A stretch of DNA of 64,000 nt, from positions 25,980,001 to 26,044,000 of the forward strand of contig CM052817.1 of the NCBI GenBank assembly GCA_028534125.1, read 5' to 3'. The notes under the pieces are model-generated. The model did no database searches and was not told where the DNA came from. It saw only the letters and a program-made list of their open reading frames with translations. Source of the DNA: Lama glama (taxonomy: Eukaryota). The position numbers and the translations under genes are program-made. Below, piece after piece: positions 1 through 13,180 of the stretch (position 1 is the first letter of the stretch; every line of letters starts with the position of its first letter).

Positions 1-514
1 TACTAACAGGATCACTATTGTTAATTTAACAATAACAAGAAAGCTTAAAATGTCATTCCACTTTCTGCAGAGTTGGCATGCAAATATGCTCCTTGGGCAA
101 GGAAGCTGAACTTCAGTAAGGTACCAATTTACTGATATTGATTTCTTCCAAGCTCCCTTCTAATATCTAGGGAAACCCACAGATGCTTCATTTTAATAAA
201 TTGTAAACTTTATTCTGGACTTCTTTCATTTGTGTTGCCAGGTTTAGATTCTGGCTTGGGGATTAGTTTAATTTAGTAATATTATAATTGAAATTAGAGT
301 TCTATAACAGTGATAGGACCTTTTTTTGAAGGAACAAGTATGTTAGAGCTTAGTTTTTACCTGATTCCCATGGGGAAATCCTGCAACTACACAAATCGAG
401 AACAATTGATTTGCTAGAATAAGTTGAAAATATAATTTTTTAAAAGAAAATAGAGGGAAAATGAATTTTAATATGACCATTACTGAGTTATTCCAACTAT
501 AGAAAACATGAATT

Positions 515-828
515 CAAACAGAAACAGGGTCATAGACGTAGAAAACAAACTTATGGTTACCAGGAGGGAATGGAGGTGGGAAGGGATAAATTGGGATTTT
601 AAGATTTACAGATACTAACTAGTATATATAAAATAGATAAACAGCAAGTTTCTACTGTATAGCACAGGAAAATATATTCAATATTTTGTAGTAACCTATA
701 ATGAAAAAGAATATGAAATGAATATATGTATGTATATATATGAGTGAAACATTATGCTGTAGACCAGAAATTGACACATTGTAAACTGACTATATACTTC
801 AATTTTTAAAAATTTTTAATAAAAAAAA
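515..828 (+). mobile_element. 5'-truncated LINE-1 3' end with A-tail
   Basis: Typical L1 3'UTR (ACAAACTTATGGTTACC...TATAGCACAGG...GACACATTGTAAACTGACTAT), A-rich tail, perfect 14-bp TSD AGAAAACATGAATT at 501-514 and 829-842. Confidence 0.9.
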
Positions 829-1800
829 AGAAAACATGAATTTGAACCATTAAAAATAGAATGGGTAAATTTTTTCTTTATGATAGGTGGTAACTTTTGT
901 TAATATTTAAATTCTCTCCTAAGAATAATGAGGGTCAGATATTGATCCCAAGAGCATTTTTAAGACTGTCAAAAAAAATTAAAGAAATAAGTGTCACATG
1001 ATTTTTTTAAACAATGAACAAGGTTCATATATCCTAAGCACCCAATACATATTTGTGGAATGCGGAATGAATGAATGAGTGAATATTAAATAATCTGGAA
1101 GAGTAGCAGTTATAATTAGTAGAAGACTTGATAATATAAAGAAATGCTGAGTAAATGAAAAAATGAATCAAACTGAAATTTAATCCTAGCCCGAATGGAC
1201 AGTGAACAAAGTTAAATCAGCAGCAAAAAGATAAATGAGGACGAAAACGTGAGCCATGCGCCCTGGGAAGTGAGGGAGAACTATCTGGAAACCTCTCTTC
1301 CTGCCCACACAGACTTCCTACAATTGTTTTCTACAGCAAGTTAAATACTTTCCAGCTTGCTCTTTCAAAGTACTTCAAATTTAGGTTTGTGTGGTTTTCA
1401 TAGGGTCTTTACATGTATTACCTCATTCCATCTTCACAGCAATTCTCTAGTGTTTATTTTTAGCTCAGTATAATGGAGGAGGGAACCGAGGCCGCTGAAA
1501 GGGAAACGACTTACCCAAGATCTAAAGCTAATTAGTGGCAGGGCCAGTGCTAGAGCCTGGGTGTCCTGCTTTCAAGCCCTAGGTCCTGTCCCCTGTGATA
1601 CCCTGCAGGAGACTAGCACCTTCATTTCATTCTTGATGGCTAAATTATTCCAGAAAGAGCAATCAATGATTCAAAGCAGATGTCAAAAAACACTTACACT
1701 TACATATTTGGAAATATGTAAAACAATTCCAAAAATAGGTAACCCTTTCCTGGGATTAAAAGAAGGAAAGAATTCAAACATATCAAAAGCTATATGCCCA

Positions 1801-2238
1801 CTCTTTCAGCCATCTTGGAGACGGCAGAGGCCTTCTGGGAACAGGACTTCCAGAACAGTGAATGTGTCTGGAAGGCTGTGGTCCAAGGCCATTTGTGCTG
1901 GCTATAAGAGGGGTCTCCGGAACTAGAGGGAGCACACAGCTCTTCTTAAAGTTGAAGGTGTTTATGCTCGAGATGAAACAATTCAATCCAGGCAAGAGAT
2001 GTACTTATGTGTACAAAGCAAAGAACAATACAGTAACTCCTGGTGGAAAACTGAACAAAACCAGAGTAATCTGGGGAAAGGTAACTAACTCGTGCTCATG
2101 GAAACAGTGGCATGGTTCGTGCCAAATTCCAAAGCAACCTTCTTGTTAAAGCCATTGGACACAGAATCCATGTGATGCTGTACACCTCCGGGATTCAAAC
2201 TTATTGAAGAGTAAATAAATAAAAACATGGAAAGAAAA
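1801..2238 (+). pseudogene. RPL35A: Processed pseudogene of ribosomal protein L35a
   Basis: Intronless VSGRLWSKAI.AGYKRGLRN*REHTALLK...[30 protein letters not shown]; start ATG>GTG (1864), stop 1924-1926, two frameshifts; AATAAA 2214-2219, A-tail, 16-bp TSD 1785-1800/2239-2254. Confidence 0.95.
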
Positions 2239-2285
2239 AAAAGCTATATGCCCAAAGTTAGTTATTACAACATTATTTATAACAG

Positions 2286-2332
2286 GACGGAAAGAAGGAA
2301 GGAAGGAAGGAAGGAAGGAAGGAAGGAAGGAA
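2286..2332 (+). repeat. (GGAA)n microsatellite
   Basis: Direct tandem GGAA run. Confidence 0.95.
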
Positions 2333-4308
2333 AAGAAACCAAGCTAATTTTTATCAAAAGAGGGAGATGACTAAGAACATCATATTTCATCAAATTGGTG
2401 AATTGTTATATTCTTAAGATTGTCATAAAGACAAAAAATAACCTGGAAAATGTTAAGCTGATTTTAGCTGGGAAATATATTTGGAAAAGCTGGAAGGGAA
2501 CACAGAAGTACAGTTTTTTAAGATTGTGGAGTTTTAAAGTAAATTTTTACTTTATTAAGTAGCTTTAACAGTAAACAGGTTTATAGTTCACATGACAATA
2601 TTTCAGCCAAAATGTGACTAAAATCATGCATAGTTTTGGAAATTCAATTTTTGACAAATGATCAGGGGTTCCTTCAATACAGACACACGCGATGTGCTAG
2701 GTGTCTTCAACCATGCCTTCCAAAATCCTCCCTTCCACCAGTGTCCCTTCCATGTCTTCCTGACCTCCAACCCCTTCTACATCTTTGTTTCTAAAGTTGT
2801 CCAGCTATCTTATTTGCTTCCTATCATCCATAGAACTTATCTGAGTCTGGACTTCCAGAAGCATCAAACAGCTGCTATGTTAGATTAGAGGAGGGAACAG
2901 AATGAGATTTTAGGCCCCTGGCTGTCTCTCAGTGACATCAGGCCCTGCTATCTGCCTCAAAAAGAAAAGGCTGACTTCCCCTTTAAGCTACTGAATCTAA
3001 AGAACAAAGGTTGAAGCTCCCTTAAATCAATCATTCCAAAGGTAGATGGCCTTGTACAAGATAGAGGGTAACCTTGGAAAATCACAGAATGACTGTTGTG
3101 CAAGGTTGCAGGGCCCAGGTTGCACTCCCCCACAACCCCGTTTCAGTTTTCCCAGCAGATCTCCTTTACGAGCATAGGACCAAAGGACACACAGAGATAT
3201 CCCTGTTTCATCAAGAGTTATGACAAATTCACTATTTCGGAGCAACACTTTTTACACTGTTACGTGGCAAACAGGATCAAGTTATAACCAAAAGTGCTGC
3301 ACAAAGAACTTCCCTTACATTCACTACCTGAGAATGGAGAGGCTGTCTCCAGCCCAGAGCAAAGATAACCCTACATACCTTGATAGCCTATGCAAATAGC
3401 AGCAAAGGTGAAAGAGACATGGTGGAACACGAAGGTCACCTTGGTTCATGACAACACATGCATATGTGTATCTGGAGAGAGATCTATCTCCAGAAAACTT
3501 GCTTGGAAAGCTATTGCAAAGGTACATGTCTGTTGTCTTCTAAGCTGTCCTTTTTCTCATCAAAGCGCTGATGTAACCAAGATTTTATCATTTAAGTCAT
3601 CTTTCATATAATCACTGAAATATGCAATAGAACATCTATTTTAAAGAAACTCCCCCCTCCTTTTTTTTCCTATACGAACCGGGTAATTGCTACCAAGACT
3701 GGTTTAATACATTTATACTGATTTTATCTCACTCTCCCTTTAGTGTCTGATGGCATCGTATCTGTGAGGCAGCTGTCTATGGCTCAGAATCTTACGTGTG
3801 TTTAGCGCTTTATGGTTTACACATCAGAGGCGCACACCTACCTTGAAGAGGTATACTAATCACTGCAGCTTTCACGGGTGAAAGCTCTGAGGCTACCAAG
3901 GGATTAAGTGAATGATTAGAATAAAGCAAAGAATACCTCCCTTTGAATTCTAGTAATGCATGGTTGCTTTTGTTTCGAATCAGGAAAAAAGCAGTCAAGA
4001 CTTTCTGCTGTGATTTCTGCCCCAGAGAAGCCCAGAAAGAGCAGCTGAGACCACTTAATGTCGAGTCTGTCCTGGGCTCCCCTGAGATTCCTTCCAGAAG
4101 CTAGAACCTCAGGTTGGAGGCAGGAGAGGAGGCCACAGTCTGAACACTTCTCTGAGAAGAGCGCTCTTAAGGATCCTTGGGAACATTTGTGTGCTAAGTG
4201 GTTCCAGGTGAAAACTGAGTAAGACTAGGTAGATAGAAATAATACCTCGAGGCACCTACTTCTTTAGAAAATCTTTCACGGGATTATTTAAATTAGCTAT
4301 TCTTTAAA

Positions 4309-4699
4309 TACAATTCAATACTACTTGGCCATAAAAAAGAATGAAATAATGCCATTTGCAGCAATATGGATGGACCTAGATTATCATATTAAGTGAAGTG
4401 AGTCAAAAAGAGAAAGACAAATATCATATGATATCATTCATACATGGAATCTTAAAAAATGATACAAAGGAACTTACTTCCAAAACAGAAATAGGCTCCC
4501 AGACATAGAAAACAAACTTATGATTACCCAAAGAGGAAAGGAGTAGGGGGAGGGATAAATTCGGAATTTGGGGTTAACAGATACACACTACTATACATAA
4601 AATACATAAACAACAAGGACCTATATTTGTCTTTCTCTTTCTGACTCACTTCACTTACTGCGATAATCCCTAGGTCCATCCATGTTGCTACAAATGGCA
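4309..4699. mobile_element. LINE-1 3' region fragment (+) joined to an inverted L1 fragment (-)
   Basis: GCCATAAAAAAGAATGAAATAATGCCATTTGCAGC...AAACAACAAGGACCTA, then the reverse complement of the same segment at 4623-4699. Confidence 0.85.
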
Positions 4700-5773
4700 A
4701 CTTACTGCCTTATTTTATGCAGTTTTATATATTTCTCTTTCATACATTTCTTATTTTCCCATTAAGATTATTGGCTCCTGAGAGCAAGTCCCTGCACCAT
4801 TTATTTCAGCCTCTCAGGGCAGGGCAAGACGGGCACTGAGTAAGGGCTCAGCAAGTACCTGTTAAATAGACTGGAAACTGATCATGAGTCTCAGTGTGAA
4901 GAGAGCTCAACCAGAAATGTAAACCCCAGGAGGACCAATAATAATAACATCCATCTTTAAGCAATAGCTCTTAGGTGCTCTGTTCAATGCTACGTATCTA
5001 ATATACACATTAGCTCTATATCTAACAACAACTTTACACAGGGTATTGTTATTTTTAACTTCATTTTACAGCTGAAGATATGAAGAGGTTTCAGAAAGGT
5101 TTATTTACTTGTCTAAGGTCACTATGGTTAGTAACTGAATGTCAGGCCCAAGTGTGCTGACCCCAAACCCCACACTATTTCCACTGGCTTTCTATTTTGT
5201 GCCATGCTTGTCACCCTTTTATAATAACAGTAATAATAGCGAAGGCTTATACAGAGGTTACTCTGTGCCAGGCATTGTTCTAAAGTGCATTAACTCATTC
5301 AATTTTTACAACAGGCCTAAGAGATGAGCTCTATTATTATCCATTTACAGAATTTAGAGATTGTATTATCCTGGACCTCTCAGTGAGGGCTAAAAGAAAA
5401 CTCTGTAGAACAGTGGAAGATTGCTGCTCTGAGTCTTTTTATGGAGAGGAAGAAACCCTAGATTCCACATGGTATCTCACCTGCACCCAGCCCCATGAGG
5501 GCCCAGAAGTGAGCCAGCGAGAGAAGAAGTTAAGGTGGAGCTTGCACAAGTGCTCTCTGCCTGCCCCTTGGTGATCCTACAGGAGATCCTTTAGGTTGGA
5601 ACCACAGGAGAAGTGAACAGAGTGCAGACTTTGAGGTCATCAGGGTTCCCTGGCAGCTTTCCCCTGCATCATCCTTTGCTTCATTAATTTGTCCATGAAA
5701 AAACCTTCTACCAGCCAACTCACAACCCTGTGTGTAAGAACAATAACGATTAATAATGTTTTCTTTTTATTAG

Positions 5774-6284
5774 GCTCATTCAAAAGTTTGGCATAACTAC
5801 AACAGAAATTTCCGCCCACATCAGAAAGGTTGGTTATCGATCACGTTGGGTTCCCATTGGATTGAGCCAAACAGATCAGAAAACACAATGGATATAATCA
5901 AGTGCCAGCAATCCATGGTTTCTGTGCTCGGGTGGTTTGCCAACCCTATCCACGGGGATGGCGACTACCCAGAGGTGATGAAAAAGAAGTTGCTCTCCAT
6001 TCTACCCCTTTTCTCCGAAGCAGAGCAGAATGAGGTGAGAGGCACAGCTGACTTCTTTGCCTTTTCCTTTGGACCCAACAATTTCAAGCCCCAGAACACC
6101 ATGGCTAAAATAGGACAAAATGTGTCACTCAATTTAAGAGAAGTGCTGAACTGGATTAAACTGGAATACGGCAATCCCCGAATCCTGATTACTGAGAATG
6201 GCTGGTTTACGGACAATCATGTGAAAACAGAAGATACCACAGCCATCTACATGATGAAGAACTTCCTCAACCAGATTCTTCAAG
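5774..6284 (+). CDS. KLB: Beta-klotho exon 2 (KL1 domain)
   Basis: tag|GCTCAT (AHSKVW...) to CAAG|gttagt, 511 bp; [13 protein letters not shown] and ITENGWF motifs; exon 1 lies upstream of the window. Confidence 0.96.
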
Positions 6285-8020
6285 GTTAGTTGCACATTAG
6301 CTCAGTTTTAAAAATTGTTTGGAATCCTTAGGCTATAGGATACTTGAAGTCGATTGAATTATTGTTGTTGTTGGACTTTTGTGTGGTCCAATGTGGACAG
6401 AAATTTTTTTTTAATTTTTTAATGTTTCTCTATGTCCTTTTTAATAGTAGTTTGAAAACAAAACAATTTTAGACTGTAGATACATCCTTAATTGGCAATA
6501 AGATGCTGTTTCATTCCTTTAAAAAGGACATAACTGCTGAGACAGACACATATAAAGCTCTCTTAATGACAGTATTTTAGTCTAAGATGCTGAGAGCTTT
6601 TCTTGAAATTGTGCTCCTTTCACTCTACTACATGACTGAAATGACGAAAACGTCTAAAGACAAAGAATGGCCATGAACGGCAAAGCTGGGCAATTTTTGT
6701 TGCTCTTGGAAATTTCTCTAACTTCTGCTTATCCCTGCATTCCTTTTCCATTACTCAGGTAGTGACATCTGCAGGTGGCTGACTGAAATAATGGAGCAGA
6801 GGACAAGCTCAAATTAGGATGATACTGTCCCCTACAGAGCTGGGTTCCATTTCACTCAAACATAAAGGAATTCTCAGTAGATCTTTCTACAACTCTGTAG
6901 CTCTCTTTGAAAGTCACAAGCTTAGAGAAAAATCCTAGGTTCTGCAGGAGAGAGTGTTCAGGGAGGTGCCCCAAGGAGAGCAAGATCCTGTTGCCCCAAT
7001 CCACAAAAGGAGCACCTGGAACAGGGCCATGCCCAGCCAGGGGGCACGTGCACAAGGGGGCCTCTAGAACAGAGGCCTCTGCCTACAGGGCCTGGGCCAA
7101 ATGCCATGCACTTGGGCAGAGGGGTGTCATCATTCCACCTCTCCTACAGCACCAAATGGACTAGAACCAGGGCCTGCTGAAACATACTTATCTCACTGAA
7201 ATCTCTTGGCATGGATTTTCCACCTTTTAGGAAAAGGATGTCAGTGATAAAACCCCCTAAATGCAGAAATGAGGAATTCCTATGAGAAAAATGAAAGCTT
7301 TTAAGCAAAGAAAAAATGGTTCATGATTGATCTGGGTATGTGTTGTTTTTTTGCCTATTTCATTTTTACCTAATTCCCGGATGTTGTTGAATCAGAGTTT
7401 TAAAGCTAGAAAGTTCCCGAGAGATCATCTTTTCCAGTCTTTTCTATCTGCAAGTGAGGAAATTGAGGTCAAGAAACTTGCCCAAGTGCACCCTCCCTGG
7501 AGCATAGTGGAGCAAGCCCTCTCACCTCCTGCCCCTCCACCCAGTCAGTTCTTCTTCTTGGTGCTTCTGTCTCCTCCTTAAATCTACATCCACATATGTT
7601 AATTCTCAAAGCTGATGTTTCAGTCCTTGGAGGATTGTTTCACAGAAGATAGCTTGTCCCAAAATGGGAACCAATCCAAGCTTGAAATGAGAAACTCTTG
7701 GTCACGAGCTGGCAGTGGCATTGGTCCCAAGGGTTCTGGAAATTACTATGCCCCCGGACACAGACTTGCACACTAAGTCTCAGGAATATTTAAAATTTGA
7801 TCCTTTACCTGTGTCATTGATTTGGGAGGACCATTCTAGATAAAAATAACTGACAGTTTTCAAATAGAAACATGAATTTTTCTATCTGATATAATGGGCC
7901 TACAAATTAGGGAAAAGGGTATTTTCACAATATGCTTCCCCTGGCACATCGTTAGGGAAGTCCTGAACACAAACCGGTGGTCAGGCCTCTGAACACCTCT
8001 GCTTTTTTCCTTCTGTACAG

Positions 8021-8289
8021 CAATAAAGTTTGATGAAATACGAGTGTTTGGTTACACTGCCTGGTCCCTCCTGGATGGCTTTGAATGGCAGGATGCCTAC
8101 ACCACTCGCCGAGGATTATTTTATGTGGATTTTAATAGTCAACAAAAAGAAAGGAAGCCCAAGTCGTCAGCACATTACTATAGACAGATCATACAAGACA
8201 ACGGGTTCACTTTAAAAGAGTCCACACCAGATGTACAGGGCCAGTTCCCCTGCGACTTCTCCTGGGGCGTCACCGAATCTGTCCTTAAG
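8021..8289 (+). CDS. KLB: Beta-klotho exon 3
   Basis: cag|CAATA...AAG|gtaagt, 269 bp; [28 protein letters not shown]. Confidence 0.96.
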
Positions 8290-8864
8290 GTAAGTGGCTA
8301 CTTACAAATTAACCACAAAGCAGAACAAAGAGTACACAATATTTTATTTCATTCTACTCAATGAAATCTAAAGCATAGCTGTTGGACAATATCAAAGACC
8401 ATGATTATTTGGAGGTTATGGGGGATGTTGGAGAAAGAGGGAGGAAGAAGAAAAGATTTGATGCCTACTGAGAGCCTTTCACGTGCCGACTCACACTGCC
8501 CCTGAGAAGCATCCAGTCTAGCAGGAATGTACAGTCATTTTCATGAGAGGCGTTTGTTAGCAGCATCAAAATTACAGGGAAAAAACTTTATAGATTTTTG
8601 TTTTGCCAAAAGCAAATTGTTAATGGCCTTTTATTTAAGTGATTCCTGTCATTTGCTAAATTTGGGTCTCCGGACCCCAGTGGGGCCTCCCAACTTGTGT
8701 CGTTCTTCACTTTCAGATGTTTCCTCAAGTGTCACCTCCTCAGTAAGGCTTCCCTCCACTCCAAAAGGCATAACCCTACACCACCACCTCTCGTTCCCCT
8801 TTCCTGCTTGCTTTTACTGCACAGCATTCCTCACTCTCTAATACACTATATACTTCACACATTT

Positions 8865-9180
8865 TTCTTTTTTTCCTCCAGCTTTATTGAGGTATAATTG
8901 ACATACAATGTTGTGTAAATTTGAGGTGTACAGTGTGTTGATTTGATGTTTATATTATTGTGAAATCATCACCACTATGGCATGAACCATCACTTCCATT
9001 CCATCACATGTAATTCCCATTTCTTTTTTGTGGTGAGAATATTTAAGATCTACTCTCTTAGTAACTTTCAAGTGTATGATACAATACTATGAGCTATAGT
9101 TACTATGCTGCACAGTAGACCGTCCTTTAGCTAGTTTCTCCCCATTTCCCCTACCCCCCCAGCTCCTGGTAACCACTTTA
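8865..9180 (-). mobile_element. LINE-1 3' end fragment
   Basis: T-rich start, CAGCTTTATTGAGGTATAATTGACA, TGGTAACCAC; boundaries approximate. Confidence 0.75.
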
Positions 9181-10479
9181 TATGTTTTTCTTAGTGACCA
9201 CCTATCTCCCCCTACTGGAAGGCAGACTTTCTCTGCAAGAGATGTTTGAGGCTTTGCTGCCTGCTATCTGCCTTACTAGAGCAGTGTCAGGCACGTGGCA
9301 GGTGCTCAGTGCACAGTGAATGAATAAGGTCAACTTTTAGAGCCAAGGGAGCCCTTAGAGACCTCTTATTCCAAATCCTTCATTTTATAGAGGAAGAAAG
9401 CAAGACCCATTAATTAATCATTGAGATCTAAGTGACTTGCCCAAGGCAACACAAATAGTGGTAGAACTATTGCAGACAACCCTCAAGCCCCCAGATGCGC
9501 AGTGCTCTTTCCAAAATGATAACTATTTTTGAAACTCCTACTGTGTGCCAGGCACTTAACTGCCCTGTATATATGCATTCCATCTAATTAATCTTCAAAA
9601 CCTTCATTTTATAGACAAAGAAACTGAAGTTTAGGAAGGTTACATACCTTGTCCAGGTCACTCGGATCTGCCTGTCTTCTGACCATTACGCTGTAAGACC
9701 GCACAATACCACACCATTGATTGTATTCTAGAGGCACATGGAAAAGCAAGATGTGCAAGGCATGGGCCCAGACAAAAGAACCCAAACCATGAGCAAGCAA
9801 AGTTCGCAGGTTATGAATCTCAACCCCTGCTGATATTTAAACATAACTTTAGTAAAAGCTCAGAGATGATAAAAGGGGAAAAAATATAGAGAGTATTATA
9901 AAAATAGTGACTCGCCTTCAATTTGTGCCCCCTAGAGAGCCACCTACTTACCCAGGGTCTATCTCCTTCTCTACATGGCCCAGGCAGGCCATCTTTTCCC
10001 TACCATTTCAAGTAGGTTTATATTTTCCAAAATTCCAGAACCAGCAAAGAGAGATCCCAGGAGAGACAAGAGTTCCTGCCTGTACATGACCCAGCCAGCA
10101 AGTTTCTGCTTCATCTGAAGACCCATCTATTTCCCTGTAACTGACACTGTAAATGTCTGCACCCTCTGAGGACCCTATTCCTTCTCCTAAGAGCAAGAGC
10201 TGATCACTTGTGTCAGGCAAAAGTAATTCAGCGATCAGCCAGGTCTGGGTTTCATGCTCATACCTGGAGCTCAGCAAGGAGTCAGCTTCCCTTGAACTTG
10301 GACCAAGAGTGAGGATGAATGGTTTGTGAAGAAAAATTAGGGTGTGTTTGAAAAATCAGCCAGAGGATGTATGAGTAGATGCTGGGTAGGCAAAAGACTA
10401 GATGCCTTCTATAGGAAGACTGACAAAATGAAAATAACACTTTTTACTATGCTTACCCACACACATCTTATTTCCCCCA

Positions 10480-11620
10480 ACCTTATTCTCCTCCAATACT
10501 TTATTTCAAAAAATTTCAGACTAGTCAATAAACACCTATAATCCCTTCATCAGGATTGGCCGAATGTTAACATGTTGCCATGTTTGCTTTCTCTCTGTAT
10601 CTCCGTCTTTTATGAACCATTAAAAGGCTACAGACATCATTACACTTCACCCCAAAATATTACAGCATATATCTCCTAAGAACAAGGACATTCTCCTATT
10701 TCATTATGTATTATTAGACTCGGGAAATTTAATATTGATTTAATATAATCTAACATACAATTCATATTCAAGTTTTCCTAAATATTCCCAAAATGTCCTT
10801 TATAGACTTAATAAATGTTCTTTTAATCACAAACAAGGAACACACATTGATCATTTGTGAATCTTTAGCCTCCTTTAATTCAGAGCAATCCCCCAACGTC
10901 ATGGTATTGACATTTTTGAAAAGTTCAGGCCAGTTGCTTGTAGAGTATCTCATGGATTTCTGTTTCTTTATTAGATTCAGTTTATCATTTCTGGAAATAA
11001 AGTTACATATATGATGTGTATTTCCCAATACATCACATTAGGAGGCACATGAAGTCAGTTTGTTTCATTACTGAAGACATTAGTTGAAGCTGTAGTCACC
11101 AGATTTCTTGGTTAAGGTGGTGTTTTTCAGATCTCTTAACTGAAAGGTAACTTTTCCATTTGTAATTAAGAATTAATCTGATGATAGTACTTTGAGACTA
11201 TATAAATATCTTGTTACCCAGCAACATTCAACCAATAGTCCTAAAATTGATTCATAAACCTTGCCTGAATTATTACTGTGCAGATTGCAAAATGGTGAAT
11301 TTCTAATTATATCATTCCTTCTATCTGTATTAGACGAATTATTTTAAATTCCATGTGTTTTTATTTGTCATTGTTTCATTGTACTTTTGATGCTCAAATT
11401 ATCTCAGATTTGGCCAATGGGATTCTTTCAAGCCGTTCCTGTGTCTTTTTGACATTTACCTTTCAGTTTTCAAACACTTCCTTGTTTTTCTGGCACAAGA
11501 CACAGCAGCATCACTTCATTCTTTTCCTGCTCCAGACCTGGAAAAAGCCACTTCTCCAAGGAGACTAGAACCCTTTTAGAGGAAAACAGAACTATACTAC
11601 CAAGCTCTGGGAGCTAGGAT
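10480..11620 (-). mobile_element. Old LINE-1 (L1M-type) 3' fragment
   Basis: CTAAGAACAAGGACATTCTCCTA, ATCAGGAGGCACAT-like and CACTTCTCCAAGGAG motifs; boundaries approximate. Confidence 0.6.
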
Positions 11621-13180
11621 TGAGATCAGGGTGCACCATTTAACTATTTCTTGTAGCAGATTAATCACACCCACTTGCTAAGACTAATGTGTTCCAGAGA
11701 TTTTAAAAGTAAGGCAGGTTTTCATTTGATTGTGCCTTACTTTATGGCAGAATTGCCCTTTGTAATTACCCTTTCAATACCATGATGCTCTGAGGTTTCA
11801 GCACACTGAAACTGGCCATCTAGGCTAAGATTTTACTCAAATAATTATATACAGATTTAACTTCATGCTCACATGATCAATGTTCTCTCAGTTTAATGTT
11901 CTAGATAACTGGTTGGCAGATGGCAAGTGGGCAATGATATGATTTTGTAATTAGACTATGAAAGATGACACACGAGAAAACAATTAAGAGGGAAAATATT
12001 TACCAAAGGTTAAGTACCATTTATTCCAGGTGCATTTAAACTCAGTCATAGGAAGAAAAAGCACTTTAAAACAAGTACAGAACTTTTACTTTCTCTTATT
12101 AATCCTGAATTTGGAAATGTTTTTCTTAAGCCCTTTTCTGTTTTAATTTAGACTCAAGGGCCTAGCAGGCAATTATTGCAGGGAAAATCAAACCTAAGTC
12201 ACAAGTACCTTATGTTTGTAGAGTGCTTTGCAGTTGACAGAGCAGTTGCCCAGAGTCACTGACTCCTCACAGCACACCTGTGAGGTGGGTGAGATTGCTC
12301 CGTCACTATACAGAATTGCTAAGCCTGAGTTTCAAAGGGGCAGAACTATAACAAGAGTCCAGGGCTGTCTTCTTGGCGGAGGGACAGGGAATGGGACATC
12401 GTCAGATCCAAGAGTCAAATGGGGAATTTCTGGTGGGTAGTTTACAGTCCTCTCCTCTCATATTCCAAAAACCTTGTATAAGGAGGGTGTTCATTATTCT
12501 CGCTTTGGATGAATAAATGCTATGTTCTCATAAGCACATGAGTGGGGGAGAATAGATTGATGCATATATGATTATCATGTAGACTTTTCAAATAGGGGGT
12601 GTTAGAGCAATGCATTCAGCAAGTGCAAGGGGTCATTTCCTACCCCATCCTACTGGCCTCTTTTAGGAACTGTGGTTGGGGTCAACCAGCCTCCTCTAAC
12701 CCCAAAGCTGATCACAGTGAAATCTTCTACAACTGGAATGTTAAACTTTGCCTTCAGTTTATAGTATGGTTTGAAAGGTCCATCTTTTGTGATTCCCTTT
12801 AACTGAGAGTCAATTTCCAGATGCATTTGAACTGAATCACATGAGACCTCCAATATATTACCTGGGTTTTTGGAATGAACAGACTGGAAGACAGCTTCTT
12901 GGTGTTTTCTAACAACTTGTCTTCCAAGCCCAGGTGTGGTTCTTTCCCTGCATTTTCTGGTATCCCTGGGAAATTTCAAGGGCTGGAAGGGAGGATAATC
13001 CATCAGGCCTTTTCTCTGACATCAGCAGGAGAAAAGGTTGTTGTGAAGAACATGTGCCTCATTTATTTTCTCTATTGTCAGTGAGAGGCAAAATGTGACG
13101 AGGCTCTTCCTCTCAGAGGATGTGTGCTAAGAGTCTGCCTGCCGGGGTGTGCTTTACCTGAATGTGATTGTTTTTCACAG

